Of a DNA stretch of 62,724 nucleotides, positions 8,168-19,400 are shown in pieces. Positions within the stretch are counted from its first letter, which is position 1; every line of letters begins with the position of its first letter. The DNA lies in the IMG/VR virus record IMGVR_UViG_3300037262_000044, positions 1 to 62,724 of that record; one strand, written 5' to 3'. The notes under the pieces were generated by a model. The model saw nothing but the letters and a program-made list of their open reading frames with translations. It did no database searches and was not told the origin of the DNA. This DNA is from a virus. Its lineage: Duplodnaviria; Caudoviricetes. Both the position numbers and the translations under genes were made by a program.

Positions 8168-9619
8168 ATGGGAAATAGCCTCGCCATAGCCAGCCAGAAA
8201 CTTATCCGGGGGTTGTCCGCGAAATGGATCGGCGACCCTTACATTGCCGAGGCGGCCGTCCTGGTTCCTTCTCAGTTCCGCGATAACACCGGCGGTCCGA
8301 ACTGGTTCTTCGGCCCCAATGGGATCGATTACCGGTTCATCTTCGATGGGGCGACCTCGGCCACGAAAGCGTTCAATACGTGCCCGCCATTGGCTGCCAT
8401 CATCGGGCGCAAGGCGCAAGCCTATATTAATGGGAAGACGTTGCTGCTCAACACGAAGGGCAAAGACGCGACAGGTGACCAGGCCAAAAGGATCAGGAAA
8501 CTACTGCGGACTCCCAACCTAACGCAATCTTGGCAAGATTTTGAGGCGCAATTGGAGATTTTCGTCCTGCTGTTCGGATGGTGCCCTATTATGCCGATAT
8601 ACCCAGCCGGCTTCGAGGCGGTCTACGGGAACGACCTATCCCAGGCGTCGAGCATTCATATCATACCTCCGTACATGATTACGGCGATGGAGAATAAGAC
8701 CAAGATGTGGTACAGGGCCGAAAAGCCGAGCGACATTGTCACGAACCTGATTGTGCATTATCAGGATATGCATCAGGAGATCGATATCAATAAGCTGTTC
8801 ATCTTCAAAGACTTTACGCCGTCATTCAGTAGCCAATATTTCCCAGGTTCGCGGGTAAAGCCCTTGGCGATGCCGATTAATAATATTGCATCTGCTTATG
8901 AAGCGCGGAACGAACTGATCAATTACGCGGGCGCCCAGGGGTTGCTGACGCCAACGGTTGACAGCATGGGGCCCATCCCATTGAGAGAAGCCGAGAAAGA
9001 TCAATTACAGGCAGATTTTAAGCGCCAATACGGGAATAAGCGAGGACAATGGCGGCACATCATATCCCCGGCTCCGATGGACTGGAAGGCGATGGGCAAG
9101 CCTACCAAGGATTTAATGCTGTTTGAAGAAGTGGTCGATGACATCATGCGAATTTGTGACGCATACAATTATCCTTCGCCTCTATTGAATACGGAAAAAG
9201 GCCCCAACGTAAGTTCGGCGGACAGTTTCAAAAAGCAGGTCTACGAGGACGGCACCATTCCAGAGTCCATAGCAATGTACGATCAGTGGAACAAGTTTTT
9301 TAAGCTTGACGACAGTCCGATGTCGCTATCGAAGTCTTACGACCACCTGCCGATACTTCAACAGGACCAGGTTTTGATGGGGCAAGCCCGCTTGAACATG
9401 AATCAGGCATTGGAAATTGAGTGGGAAAATAACCTGATCACGTTGAACTATTGGCGGATGCAGAACGGGATAGATCCAACGGAGGATGGCGATATCTATT
9501 ATTACCAGACCCAAGGGCATGCGTCTTTATTGGATCAAGCCCCTGCATTGCCCACGGAGAACCAACCAAAATTTGAGCCGGCTGCGGCTCCGGCAACAGA
9601 AACAGAACCTCAAACATAA
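8168..9619 (+). CDS. Portal protein (HK97-like)
   Basis: LLRTPNLTQSWQDF, ICDAYNYP..LL motifs; size and position before the protease. Confidence 0.88.
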   Translation: MGNSLAIASQKLIRGLSAKWIGDPYIAEAAVLVPSQFRDNTGGPNWFFGPNGIDYRFIFDGATSATKAFNTCPPLAAIIGRKAQAYINGKTLLLNTKGKDATGDQAKRIRKLLRTPNLTQSWQDFEAQLEIFVLLFGWCPIMPIYPAGFEAVYGNDLSQASSIHIIPPYMITAMENKTKMWYRAEKPSDIVTNLIVHYQDMHQEIDINKLFIFKDFTPSFSSQYFPGSRVKPLAMPINNIASAYEARNELINYAGAQGLLTPTVDSMGPIPLREAEKDQLQADFKRQYGNKRGQWRHIISPAPMDWKAMGKPTKDLMLFEEVVDDIMRICDAYNYPSPLLNTEKGPNVSSADSFKKQVYEDGTIPESIAMYDQWNKFFKLDDSPMSLSKSYDHLPILQQDQVLMGQARLNMNQALEIEWENNLITLNYWRMQNGIDPTEDGDIYYYQTQGHASLLDQAPALPTENQPKFEPAAAPATETEPQT

Positions 9620-9629
9620 TTATATCGCC

Positions 9630-10622
9630 ATGCAAACCAAGAAAAGTAAATATAGCCGCCCCGCACTGCCGGTGAACTACAAAAGCCTGCATGAGTACAA
9701 ATACACGTTTGATGAAAACAGTCTGACGGTCAGCGGCTATCTGTCCATATTCAATGTCGTCGACAGCGATTACGACATGATTGTCAAAGGGGCATTTGCG
9801 AAATCGATCACCGAACGGGGACCCAATAGTGATACGCATCGGAAGATCGCTTTCCTCTGGCAACATGATATGGCTGATCCGATCGGCAAGATGACCGTAT
9901 TGAAGGAAGATAATATCGGCCTTTATTTCGAGGCGAAATTAAGCGATCCCGAAGCTGTTCCCAATGCAAAACGCGCACTGGCGCAGCTGAAAGATAACGT
10001 CCTCGACCAATTCAGTATTGGATTTTCTTACGTCTGGGACAAAATGGAGTACGACGAAGCCCTGGATGCCTTTGTCTGCAAAGAAATCAACTTATTCGAG
10101 GGCTCCGTTGTGACCCTCGGTGCGAACGAATACACATTTTTTGACGGCATGAAATCTTCACAAATGAAAGACGCAAAACAAAAACTGCTGAAAGAAACCG
10201 AGAGTTTCATCAAATCCTTACCGGCGGAGCAACAATACGCATGCCGGCAGATCATCACCAAAAACATTCAACTCGCCGCGGCCCGACTCAAAGGCGATAC
10301 GGTCCCGCAGGACCCCGAGCAGGACGATCCGGATGAATCGGAAGACCCCAACATGGACTACATCCACAAATGCCTGGGTGTGCATGCAAAGGGCCTGGAC
10401 CTGATCGATCAATACCAGGGCGCCGTGGATAACGACGACCTCACAGACAGTATGAAAGAGATGAAGGACATACATACCGATTGTATGTCCAAAGTCCTCG
10501 ACATAAAAGCAGATATCCAAGGGGATGGAAAATCACTCCGCCAGCCGCGCCAAAAAGCACTGGATGAGCCGATCAAAGACCTGAAGGCTGCGCTCGAAGA
10601 AACCAATTTTTTCACCAGCTAA
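9630..10622 (+). CDS. HK97-family prohead protease with C-terminal extension
   Basis: GYLSIFNVVDSDYD...GAFAKS, LWQHD...IG, FSIGF, LFEGSVV. Confidence 0.92.
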   Translation: MQTKKSKYSRPALPVNYKSLHEYKYTFDENSLTVSGYLSIFNVVDSDYDMIVKGAFAKSITERGPNSDTHRKIAFLWQHDMADPIGKMTVLKEDNIGLYFEAKLSDPEAVPNAKRALAQLKDNVLDQFSIGFSYVWDKMEYDEALDAFVCKEINLFEGSVVTLGANEYTFFDGMKSSQMKDAKQKLLKETESFIKSLPAEQQYACRQIITKNIQLAAARLKGDTVPQDPEQDDPDESEDPNMDYIHKCLGVHAKGLDLIDQYQGAVDNDDLTDSMKEMKDIHTDCMSKVLDIKADIQGDGKSLRQPRQKALDEPIKDLKAALEETNFFTS

Positions 10623-10631
10623 TTTAACATT

Positions 10632-11939
10632 ATGGCACTGACAGCAGATGAATTAAAGGCTATCAAAGACAAGATAGCCTCGGAATTCGCGCTAAAAGAC
10701 GCGGAATTCCAAAAGAGTGTGCAGACCCAGGTTGATGCGGCCGTTACCAAACTCAGCGCAGGCGCGATCAAAAAAGAGGAGTTCGACGGACTCCTGCAAG
10801 CCGCACTCGCTGATTACGGCACGAAAGCTACCAACCTGGAAAAGGTCCTCCGCGAACAGGGGGAAATTCTGAATGGACTGAAAAACGTCATTGAGGTCAA
10901 GGGAGAACAGCAAACCACGTTGCAGGAAATCCTGAAGCCGCACATGGACGACATCGCCAAAATGCGCAAAGACGGTTCGGGTTTCATCCGGATTGACTTT
11001 AAGGACATTAAGAACCTGAAAACGGTGACTTCTATCGGAAATAGCGTATCGCCGATGGCCGCGCCCCCAACATCGCCTTATGCGCCGGGTATCTCGAATG
11101 AAGCCCTCAGCGTATACGACATCATCCGCAACCCGCTCTTCGTGAGCAATTACGTTGACACGGCGAGCACTGATCTTTCAAGGATGGCGTGGATCAATGA
11201 AACCTCCCTGGTAGGCTTACCGGCCCTCGTATTGGAAGGCGCGCCAAAGCCCAGCTCTTACCGGACTTTTCAGGTCATGTACAGTCAGGCCAAAAAGGTC
11301 GCCGATTACATCCAGATCACCGAAGAATTCGACAAGGATCTGAACTACCTGGCTAATCTGGTCAAAAGCCTGCTTCAGATGGACGTGGCACGTGCGTATG
11401 ACTTGCAGATCCAGGCCGACCTGATTGCCGCAGCTACGCAGTTGAACTTCACCACTCCGCTCGGACCAAATGGATTGACGATCGCTCCGTACAAGGGACA
11501 GATTTTGGATGCCACGATCTGGGACGCTCTCTTTGCGATGGGTACGGCCGTCCGTCTGGCCAACTTCGTGCCGAACGTGAGCCTGCTGAATCCGATCACC
11601 TACGGTAAGATGGTGATGAGCAAGGACCTGTATGGTCGTTACAACGTGCCTCCGGAAGAAATGGTGCAGCAAATCAATCCCAAACAGGGCAATAACGTCT
11701 TCGCGGACTACGCCCTCGTCGGGGATCTGAAGCAGTTCAAGGTCTTCATTTATGAGGATTTCAGCCTGAAAATCGGCTGGATCAATGATGACCTGATCCG
11801 CAACCAGTATACCGTCGTTTCCGAGGTGCGTTTCCATGACTTCATCTCGACGGCCCGGCAGAATGCGATCATGTATGCCGACGCTAAATATATCGCTGAA
11901 CAAATGAATACCAACTCCGCACCGATCATCGGTAGCTAA
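10632..11939 (+). CDS. Major capsid protein (HK97 fold, N-terminal delta domain)
   Basis: Coiled-coil N-terminus, EGAPKP, KKVADYIQITEE, ALVGD; follows the protease. Confidence 0.9.
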   Translation: MALTADELKAIKDKIASEFALKDAEFQKSVQTQVDAAVTKLSAGAIKKEEFDGLLQAALADYGTKATNLEKVLREQGEILNGLKNVIEVKGEQQTTLQEILKPHMDDIAKMRKDGSGFIRIDFKDIKNLKTVTSIGNSVSPMAAPPTSPYAPGISNEALSVYDIIRNPLFVSNYVDTASTDLSRMAWINETSLVGLPALVLEGAPKPSSYRTFQVMYSQAKKVADYIQITEEFDKDLNYLANLVKSLLQMDVARAYDLQIQADLIAAATQLNFTTPLGPNGLTIAPYKGQILDATIWDALFAMGTAVRLANFVPNVSLLNPITYGKMVMSKDLYGRYNVPPEEMVQQINPKQGNNVFADYALVGDLKQFKVFIYEDFSLKIGWINDDLIRNQYTVVSEVRFHDFISTARQNAIMYADAKYIAEQMNTNSAPIIGS

Positions 11940-11941
11940 TC

Positions 11942-12865
11942 ATGAGCCTGATCGATACGTCATATTTCATTGGCCCTTTAACGGTGGCGCAACTGGGACA
12001 GCAGTCCGTGCAGAACAATTTACAACTGTTCATCAACCGCGCGGAACCGCAATTCCTGGAAGCGGCCCTCGGTTACGACCTCTGGCAGGATTTCCTGACG
12101 GGGTTAGCCCAGCCGGTCATTGATCCGCGGTGGCTGGCCCTCCTGAATGGGGTGCAGTTCAAATCGGTTTCGAACTGGCCGAACTGGTACATGGGCTTCA
12201 ATATGTACAATTGGTACTACTGGCTGAATTCTCAACGGGATATGTATTTTCCTGGGTTTGCCACGCAGACGACGTTCGTTTCTCCTACTCCGTTGTCTCC
12301 GACGGTCACGCTGATCGCCGGGAATCCAACAGGAAATCCGACGGCGAATTGGCCGAACCCGGTGGTAGGAGCGAATTCCTACACGTATTCCGGGTTGGCG
12401 AATGCGACATATAGCATCAACCGTCGCGGGGTGGGTCCTCTGATACAAGGGATTGATTACGCATTATCCAACAACAACCAGACATTCACCCTGCTCGCGC
12501 CGGGAGACGTTTGGGGATCTCAGGATGTGCTGATCATCACCATCACCACGGCCAACAACGTCGGGGTGCCGTCAAACCAGTATGTGAGCCCGATAGCGGG
12601 ATATGTGTACTATCTATGGGTCAGAGATCAGATCAGCATGAACACAGGGGCTGGGATCGTTCAGCCGAACCCGGAGAACGCAGAAAGGGCGAATCCTTCC
12701 TGGAGGATGGTGGACGCGTGGAGCCAAATGGTTTTAGACGTCTTCAAACTCTGGCAGTACCTGGAAGCCATGTATGTACAGCAGGGGCCGACCTATTACG
12801 CAAGTTATGACCGGACGAAGATCAATTACCCGTTTTTTCAACCCATCAATCCCTTCAACATATGA
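11942..12865 (+). CDS. Head-tail adaptor with an inserted beta domain
   Basis: LIDTSYF...E..FL..ALG..L and SPIAGYVYY..VRD flank a ~100-aa insert; follows the MCP. Confidence 0.65.
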   Translation: MSLIDTSYFIGPLTVAQLGQQSVQNNLQLFINRAEPQFLEAALGYDLWQDFLTGLAQPVIDPRWLALLNGVQFKSVSNWPNWYMGFNMYNWYYWLNSQRDMYFPGFATQTTFVSPTPLSPTVTLIAGNPTGNPTANWPNPVVGANSYTYSGLANATYSINRRGVGPLIQGIDYALSNNNQTFTLLAPGDVWGSQDVLIITITTANNVGVPSNQYVSPIAGYVYYLWVRDQISMNTGAGIVQPNPENAERANPSWRMVDAWSQMVLDVFKLWQYLEAMYVQQGPTYYASYDRTKINYPFFQPINPFNI

Positions 12866-13446
12866 CGACAAAACCTGTCTATATCGTTGATTTGATTGGG
12901 ACGGTCGTCCAGGCGGTGATCGAGGACGTCCTCGCGACTATTCAGGCTAATGAAACGGCGGCTTTGGGGTCCACGATGATCACGACGATCAATTACCAGT
13001 ATGGTCACTTCCGGGAGTTAATCGTCACGTTGGGACAATGGGATACCAATCCCGCCCAGCGGATGGGTAAATACCCGATGATCTACGTCGTCCAGGATTT
13101 CGTCGAGCACCGCGGGAAGTTGGCCGGAGTCTATGCGGATCTCAGTCTTCAAGTCCTGATCTGTCACCAGACGGAAGATGATTACAAAATCACCGACCGG
13201 TATACGAATGTGTTCAAGCCTGTGCTCTACCCGATTTATTATTCCCTCATGAAAAATCTCGCCCTGAGTAACATGACCTTTCCTTCTTCTCCCGATCTGA
13301 TCTCCCATGACAAGTGGGACCGGTCATTTTGGGGAACGAGCAAGGTAGTGGGTTCAGGCGGGACGGACCGGTCAGTGCTCAACGATTTTGTCGATGCGAT
13401 CGATATTCAAAACCTTCAGTTAAAAATTGATTATCAACCCTGCTAA
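12862..13446 (+). CDS. Tail terminator/neck protein
   Basis: Synteny; KYPMIY, FKPVLYPIY, DFVDAIDI. Confidence 0.6.
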   Translation: MTTKPVYIVDLIGTVVQAVIEDVLATIQANETAALGSTMITTINYQYGHFRELIVTLGQWDTNPAQRMGKYPMIYVVQDFVEHRGKLAGVYADLSLQVLICHQTEDDYKITDRYTNVFKPVLYPIYYSLMKNLALSNMTFPSSPDLISHDKWDRSFWGTSKVVGSGGTDRSVLNDFVDAIDIQNLQLKIDYQPC

Positions 13447-13469
13447 CAAGCAGATAAACAACATTTTTT

Positions 13470-14435
13470 ATGGCACTCATTCACGAATTAAACTGCGCTT
13501 CAACCCGGAAAAACACCGGATTCGGCGCGGGGTGTCCGCTGGATTGGAAGCTCATGGCCGGCGCCATCATCTGGGATCAGCCTATGGTCTTCGAGGCCCA
13601 ATGGCTGGCTAATTTAGCGGTCTTTCTTCAGGCAAATGCCTGGCAGAACCTTCCCGGCGGCGTGTTGGGGGGTGCGCCACGAGGATATCCTATCGGTAAT
13701 TTTCTCAATCCGGAGGATGCTACCGAAAAACCGACCATCCAGACCTTCAGCGACGGCTCCAAAGCCAAAGTAAGGGACGGGACCTACGATTGGTCGTTCG
13801 ATTTTACCTCGGGCGGATTTCCCCTCCTGCAGGCCTTGCAGACCCATGACGGTAATAGTACGGCATACGCGATATTCTATGACAAGAATAACAACGTACT
13901 GGGCTATAACAACAACGGCAAGTTCGCAGCGATTCCGCTTCAGATCTTCGATGCGCTGCCCTGGATGATGAATGACGGCTCAAAGACGGCTAAGTACACC
14001 GTGCATTTTGTGTTCGCAAAAATATACGCGAATGATGTTGCCGAGTACTTCAATGCCGGCTTCAACATGGGCCAGATCGTCGGTCTGCAGGACATTCGTA
14101 TTGTGGTCAACGGCTGGAACCAGGCGACGGGCCTCGCAAACGTCACTTTCCTCACGGAAAACGGCGGCACGAACCTGTATAGCCTATACAGCGCGGAATT
14201 CAACACGACGACCCTGGGCGCGACGAATGGAGATACGGGAGCTGTCCTTCCGATCACTTCCGTCACGCCGATCGTTTCCAACCAGACGTTCAATATTCAG
14301 TTCCCCACCGGGAATGCGAATTACCCGACGGATGGAAACATCGTGCTGGCCTTTGCGCTGCCTTCGGTTCTTGCAGCGAATGGCCTAGTAGGGTTCGCCG
14401 GAGAGTCTGCTATCATGGATGTAACCTCTTCTTAA
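13470..14435 (+). CDS. Major tail tube protein
   Basis: NTG...C N-terminus, beta-rich, followed by a hairpin; synteny. Confidence 0.7.
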   Translation: MALIHELNCASTRKNTGFGAGCPLDWKLMAGAIIWDQPMVFEAQWLANLAVFLQANAWQNLPGGVLGGAPRGYPIGNFLNPEDATEKPTIQTFSDGSKAKVRDGTYDWSFDFTSGGFPLLQALQTHDGNSTAYAIFYDKNNNVLGYNNNGKFAAIPLQIFDALPWMMNDGSKTAKYTVHFVFAKIYANDVAEYFNAGFNMGQIVGLQDIRIVVNGWNQATGLANVTFLTENGGTNLYSLYSAEFNTTTLGATNGDTGAVLPITSVTPIVSNQTFNIQFPTGNANYPTDGNIVLAFALPSVLAANGLVGFAGESAIMDVTSS

Positions 14436-14445
14436 TCATTAAACG

Positions 14446-14476
14446 GGGGCTGACCGTGAGGAAGGCCCCTCCTTTT
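14446..14476 (+). terminator. Hairpin or weak terminator after the major tail gene
   Basis: GGGGCT-GA-CC(GTGA)GG-AA-GGCCCC followed by TCCTTTT. Confidence 0.5.
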
Positions 14477-14479
14477 AAC

Positions 14480-14962
14480 ATGAGCAACATCACCTATTGC
14501 GGGATTCATTTCAATGTGGAAGTGATACAGGAGCAGACCGAGGAAGATTTTGTAAACGCCCCTGAAAACAGACAGCACTGGAAGCAACCCGGTTTTACGA
14601 TCTCCGACAAGGCCCGAAAAGAACGGCTGCGGGAGATTTACCGATTAGTGAACCCTCAAAAAATTCAGCATGCGGACACTCAGCAGCCTGATGCAAGCGG
14701 TGGACAGCCTGAATCTGGACAACCTGATCTTGGAGTCGATGGATCAAGCCTCGCCGACCTACCTGGAACAACAGAAGGAGCAGATGAGTTACGCGGTAAA
14801 CGAGAAGGGGCAGACGATCGGGAAATACCGGAGCGACAGTTACGCGAGGAAAAAGAATCAGATGAATCCGAACGCGGGTTACGGGAACGTGGACTTGCGG
14901 CTGACAGGATCATTCTACGAGGCCATGGAAGCAAAAGCCCAGCCGGAGGGGATGAACATTGA
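14480..14962 (+). CDS. Hypothetical tail-region protein
   Basis: ATG at 14480; C-terminal part overlaps the next gene. Confidence 0.5.
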   Translation: MSNITYCGIHFNVEVIQEQTEEDFVNAPENRQHWKQPGFTISDKARKERLREIYRLVNPQKIQHADTQQPDASGGQPESGQPDLGVDGSSLADLPGTTEGADELRGKREGADDREIPERQLREEKESDESERGLRERGLAADRIILRGHGSKSPAGGDEH

Positions 14963-15104
14963 TAGCACGGACCAGAAATCGCAAATGCTCCAGCAGAAAT
15001 ACGGGAAGGATATTTTCGGCCTATTCGGCGAATGGAAGGAACCGTTTATCGAAAAGCTGCAAACCGCTGTCACTGAATTGCTCACAGAAGAACTTAACCG
15101 GTGA
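14670..15104 (+). CDS. Tail completion/neck protein (HK97 gp10-like)
   Basis: VDLRLTGSFY, DSTDQKS..LQQKYG.DIFGL. Confidence 0.65.
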   Translation: MRTLSSLMQAVDSLNLDNLILESMDQASPTYLEQQKEQMSYAVNEKGQTIGKYRSDSYARKKNQMNPNAGYGNVDLRLTGSFYEAMEAKAQPEGMNIDSTDQKSQMLQQKYGKDIFGLFGEWKEPFIEKLQTAVTELLTEELNR

Positions 15105-15316
15105 ACTGCGGGCATTGTTTGGGATCGGTAATGGACAGATCGGCGGCATTGTATGACCAAAGGTTGTTGGCACAAAAAATAGCAAGTGAAAAAGGGGAAG
15201 CGCAAGCAATTTGTCAAAAAGCAGACGGGACGCTCTTCACCGTTGATGCCGCTGGTGCCATCCAGAACGATCTCCGCATCCTGGAGGTACTTTCGGGATT
15301 GCCGGTTGGAGCTTGA
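15101..15316 (+). CDS. Hypothetical protein
   Basis: GTGA-coupled; N-terminal CxxC. Confidence 0.5.
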   Translation: MNCGHCLGSVMDRSAALYDQRLLAQKIASEKGEAQAICQKADGTLFTVDAAGAIQNDLRILEVLSGLPVGA

Positions 15317-15878
15317 CCGGTTTCTGGACGTGCTCTTTGAGAAGGATTACAGCCGGCTGATCATCGCGGGAGATGTGCCGGAAGATGTGTTAAAGGAGGC
15401 CTGGGCGAGTATTTACCTGCAATACTGTGAACTGACCGGGGAAGGTTCTTACAACGCCCTTTTCGAAAAGACCAAGCAGATCCAGGAGATGAACGGGAAG
15501 ATTACCCTGCTAGATGGAATTGTCCAATACCTACAGATGTGCTATGATTCGGATATGGTGAAGATTGTCAACGAGTTTGGAATCGGCCTTGATCTGAGTG
15601 CAGCCGACGATGCCGCGAAGAAACTGAAGATGGTCCAGGGGTTTATCAAACGGATGATTGTAGACATGGGCATCCTAAAAAAAGAGGTTGAAGCCCTGGA
15701 AGAAGAAGGGAAGACGAATACCGGCCTTGATCACTACGAAGACTGGCTGACCGTGATGAGCAAGACGTATCAATACGCCGTCCGGGCAAAAGATATCAGC
15801 GTCATGCAATTTGTACGCAACCAAAAGAAAATTAACGAACAGGCGATAAAACAGCACCGACATGCAGGAAGAAGTTGA
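15246..15878 (+). CDS. Probable tail assembly chaperone
   Basis: Helical protein upstream of the tape measure; start uncertain (15186 or 15246). Confidence 0.5.
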   Translation: MPLVPSRTISASWRYFRDCRLELDRFLDVLFEKDYSRLIIAGDVPEDVLKEAWASIYLQYCELTGEGSYNALFEKTKQIQEMNGKITLLDGIVQYLQMCYDSDMVKIVNEFGIGLDLSAADDAAKKLKMVQGFIKRMIVDMGILKKEVEALEEEGKTNTGLDHYEDWLTVMSKTYQYAVRAKDISVMQFVRNQKKINEQAIKQHRHAGRS

Positions 15879-16461
15879 AATATGGGCAGACATTCCAGGT
15901 TTTGAAGGACTTTACCAGGTCAGCAATTTGGCGCGTGTGAGATCATTCCGGCGCGAAAAGGCCATTATTTTGAGGCAGACCAGAAAAACACTTTACCCAA
16001 TGGTTACGCTTCGAAATGGAAACTACGAACCACCCTGCTTAGTTCATAGGTTGGTGGCAACCGCTTTTGTTCCGAACCCTGAAAATAAGCCAGAAGTGAA
16101 TCACGAGGATGGTAATAAATACAATTGTGTTGCTTCGAATTTAAATTGGGCTACAGAGGCTGAGAATATGCAGCACGCGTGGAGAATAGGACTCTGCAAA
16201 CCTAGCTATCACATGGTTGGGAAAAAGCATTCAGAAGAGACTAAACAAAAAATGAGAATTGCCCGGAAGGGGAAAATAATTTCTCCGGAGCAGTGTCGCA
16301 AAATAAGTGAGGCCAAAAAGGGCATTCCGCTTCATGAAAATACCAGAAAGGCGCAGGCCGAATATTTAAAAAATCGAGGGCCGGTTTCAGATGAAACAAG
16401 GAGGCGGTTGAGTGAGAGCGCCAAACTTGATTGGGCAAAAAGAAAAAATAAGGCCGCATGA
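15862..16461 (+). CDS. NUMOD4-HNH-NUMOD3 homing endonuclease
   Basis: [49 protein letters not shown]. Confidence 0.92.
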   Translation: MQEEVEIWADIPGFEGLYQVSNLARVRSFRREKAIILRQTRKTLYPMVTLRNGNYEPPCLVHRLVATAFVPNPENKPEVNHEDGNKYNCVASNLNWATEAENMQHAWRIGLCKPSYHMVGKKHSEETKQKMRIARKGKIISPEQCRKISEAKKGIPLHENTRKAQAEYLKNRGPVSDETRRRLSESAKLDWAKRKNKAA

Positions 16462-19400
16462 TTGACAAAATCGAGTCATTTTTTGACCTCCCCGCCATTC
16501 AGCAGGAATTCGCGGCCATCAAGACGGGGCTCGGGGAATCTCAATCCAGTTTGGTCGGCCTTTACAATGTCATCAAAGGCTTTAAAGATACCTCCATCAG
16601 CACCCTGGCCGCGAATACTGACCAACTTTCGACCGCCATCAACGGCTCAGTGCAGGCCACCACGAAGGCGAAATCCTCCTACGATGACCTCACCCAAAAG
16701 ATCACCGCCCAGGTGAAGGCGGTCAACGAAAGCATTACCTCCCTTAACGAAAATTCTGAAGCCTACGATCAATTGATCAAACAGGCCGTAAAAAATAAGA
16801 TCGCCAATGATGATCTGGCCGCATCCGCGAATGCCCTGAAAAAGGCTTACCAGGGCGGACAGACTTCCCTTGATCAGTACCAAGAGTCCCTGGCTGACAT
16901 CAAGGAAGCCCAGGTAACCCTCAAAACCTCCAATGCTGACGTTACCCGCGCGCTGAACAACATGGAAAAGCAGGCGCAATCCTCAGCCACCGCCGCCGAC
17001 GGGCTGAGCGCTAAACTGAATTTGCTCCGCCAGGCCTACTATAAAATGAGCGAAGCTGAACAGCAAACAGAAGTCGGGACCGGTCTTCTTCAAAATATAA
17101 AGGATACGGATGTCGCCTTACAGAAGATCAAAAATTCTGCTCGTGATTTCAAGGATAATGTAGGAAACTACGCCGAATCCCTTACCCCTGCATTTGATGG
17201 CCTTAAAGAGCAACTGGCGACCATCAACAAGGAACTGGCCAATATAGAGACCCGCGGGAAGACCTCAGTTCAAAACCTAAATCCCATCGGATTCAAGACC
17301 GCAGCGCAAAGACAGCAGGAGGGGCTTTCTGACCAGGCCGGCAGCGGTCCGACGAATTTGGCCGGCGGTGCGAATCAGGTGAGCGTTTTAAACCAGGATG
17401 CCGAGGCCTATCAAAAGTTGACTCTTCAGCAAAAAGTACTCGAAGGGGCCCTTCAAAGACAGACCATTGGGTTTAAGACGGCCAATCAGGAAATGCGCAG
17501 CGTAAGAAATACGCTCGACACAATGACTCTGGCCGGCCTTCAAGACACGGAGGCTTTTGAAAAGTTGGGTATAGCCTATGCTCAAAATGAGCAGAAGATA
17601 AAGGATCTACATCGGGAACAAGCGATATTGACCGGAGATGCCCCGGGGATTACCGCTCTCACAGGCGTAGCGAGGGGATTGGGTGGTGCATATGCTTTCG
17701 GAGCGGGGGCCGCTCAGTTATTGGCGACAGGCGATGAAAAGCTCGATAAGGAATTAAATCACCTCGTTGCGGTAATGACGCTGCTTCAGGGATTGGAACA
17801 GGCCGTTGCGGTTTTAAAGGATAAAAATGCCATCATCACTGCTTTGGAAACAGAAGCCCAAAAAGGACTGAACGCTGTTAAGGCGATAGAAGTCTCCATT
17901 TTTGGGAAATCGAAGATTGCACAAGAGACAGATGCCGCAGCGAAAGCGTTAAATACGACGGCCACCGAGGAAAGCACCGTTGCCACCGTGGCGAATGCCG
18001 AGGCGACCGACGCTATGACCATCGCTACGGAGGGGGCGGAAGTGGCCGCAATAGGATTACGCACCGCACTAGTAGCTACAGGTATAGGAGCGATTATCGT
18101 CGGTATAGGCGTTTTGGTAGCGGAAATAATTCAATGGACGGAGGCAGAAAATAAAGCCGCGCAAAATTCAGCCGAATTAGCCGACGCCATGGAAAAGGTC
18201 AACGAGATTCTGATGGCCAGGATAAAATTGTCTGATGAGGACGCCGAGCATACCAAAAAGAACCTTGAAGATGCTCTTACTCTATCCGATAAGAACAAGG
18301 AAAGTTATAATGCCCTGTTTAGCATAAGGAAGGCCCAGGCTGACCTCGATCAGAAAACTGCGGAGAATGACCTGAAAAAAGCCGCTAATACGCAAGATAT
18401 CGGAGCGGCCTACCGGTCTGTCGATGGAGATGTAAAAACATTGACGGCTGGAATGGATCCGTTATTAACCAAACAGCAGCGGTTGCTCGATATCACCAAT
18501 ATCTGGCTTCTGGTTCAACAAAAAAAGATCAACAGCAGTGAGGCTTATTTTCAAATATATCAGAAATATGGCACCAATACCGATGAGGCAGATGCTAAAA
18601 CTCAACTGGACGCGGTTCAAAAGGAAATTGCCTCTAATCAGACGGTCATTGATGCCAAGAAAAAAATGAGAGATGCTTATAACCAGTCAGTCATCAACTC
18701 CGAAGGACTTACCATTGAAAGAATTGAGCACGAAGCCGAGCAGGAGCGCAAACTCGCCTTGGAAACCGGCCTAATCTTAGTAGCCGCTGTTAAAGACCGG
18801 AATTCGAAAATACTGGCGGATGCACGTTCAACATCTGCCCAACGGCTGGCGGCCATCAAATCAGACCGAGATCAGGAAATTAAAGACGCACAATTAGAGC
18901 GTAATAGCCTCGATCCCAGTGCAACCCCGCAGGAAGTACTGATTGCCGACGCCAAACTTCGCGCCGCCAAAGTGCAGGCCAACCGGGATTTCAATGAAAA
19001 GACCAGGGTGGAAAACCGTAAGGAATATGAAAAGGATCGCGATGCACGGCTGGAAATATTCCGCGACGCGAATACGCAGTCCCAGGCTATTGAGGAAGAT
19101 ACTCTTAGTAGAAATATTGGCCGCCGGACCGGAGATACCACCGGAGATAAAAAGCTCCAGGCTTTAAAGTCTCAGTATCAGGAACAAAAAAACCTCAATG
19201 AGCAGAATCGAATAGAAGATCTTGACGCCGAAGGATTGAATCAGGAGCAGAAACTCGCCATCAATAAAAAGTACGACGTTCAACTCGAAGACCTGCAGTT
19301 GAAGTACCTCAAAAACCTCCAGGGCATACAGCGGGAAATCCAGAAAGCTGCGTTGGATGACCTGGAGCAATATTATGAGGACAGGAAAACGGAGATAGAA

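Noticed and set aside
11217-11903. 228-aa minus-strand ORF, and similar antisense ORFs such as 41732-42364 and 24549-25208
   Set aside because: Antisense shadows of strongly supported genes, with no recognisable motifs.
15101-15878. Programmed -1 frameshift between tail chaperone ORFs
   Set aside because: The downstream ORF is in the +1 frame and I found no in-frame XXXYYYZ slippery site.
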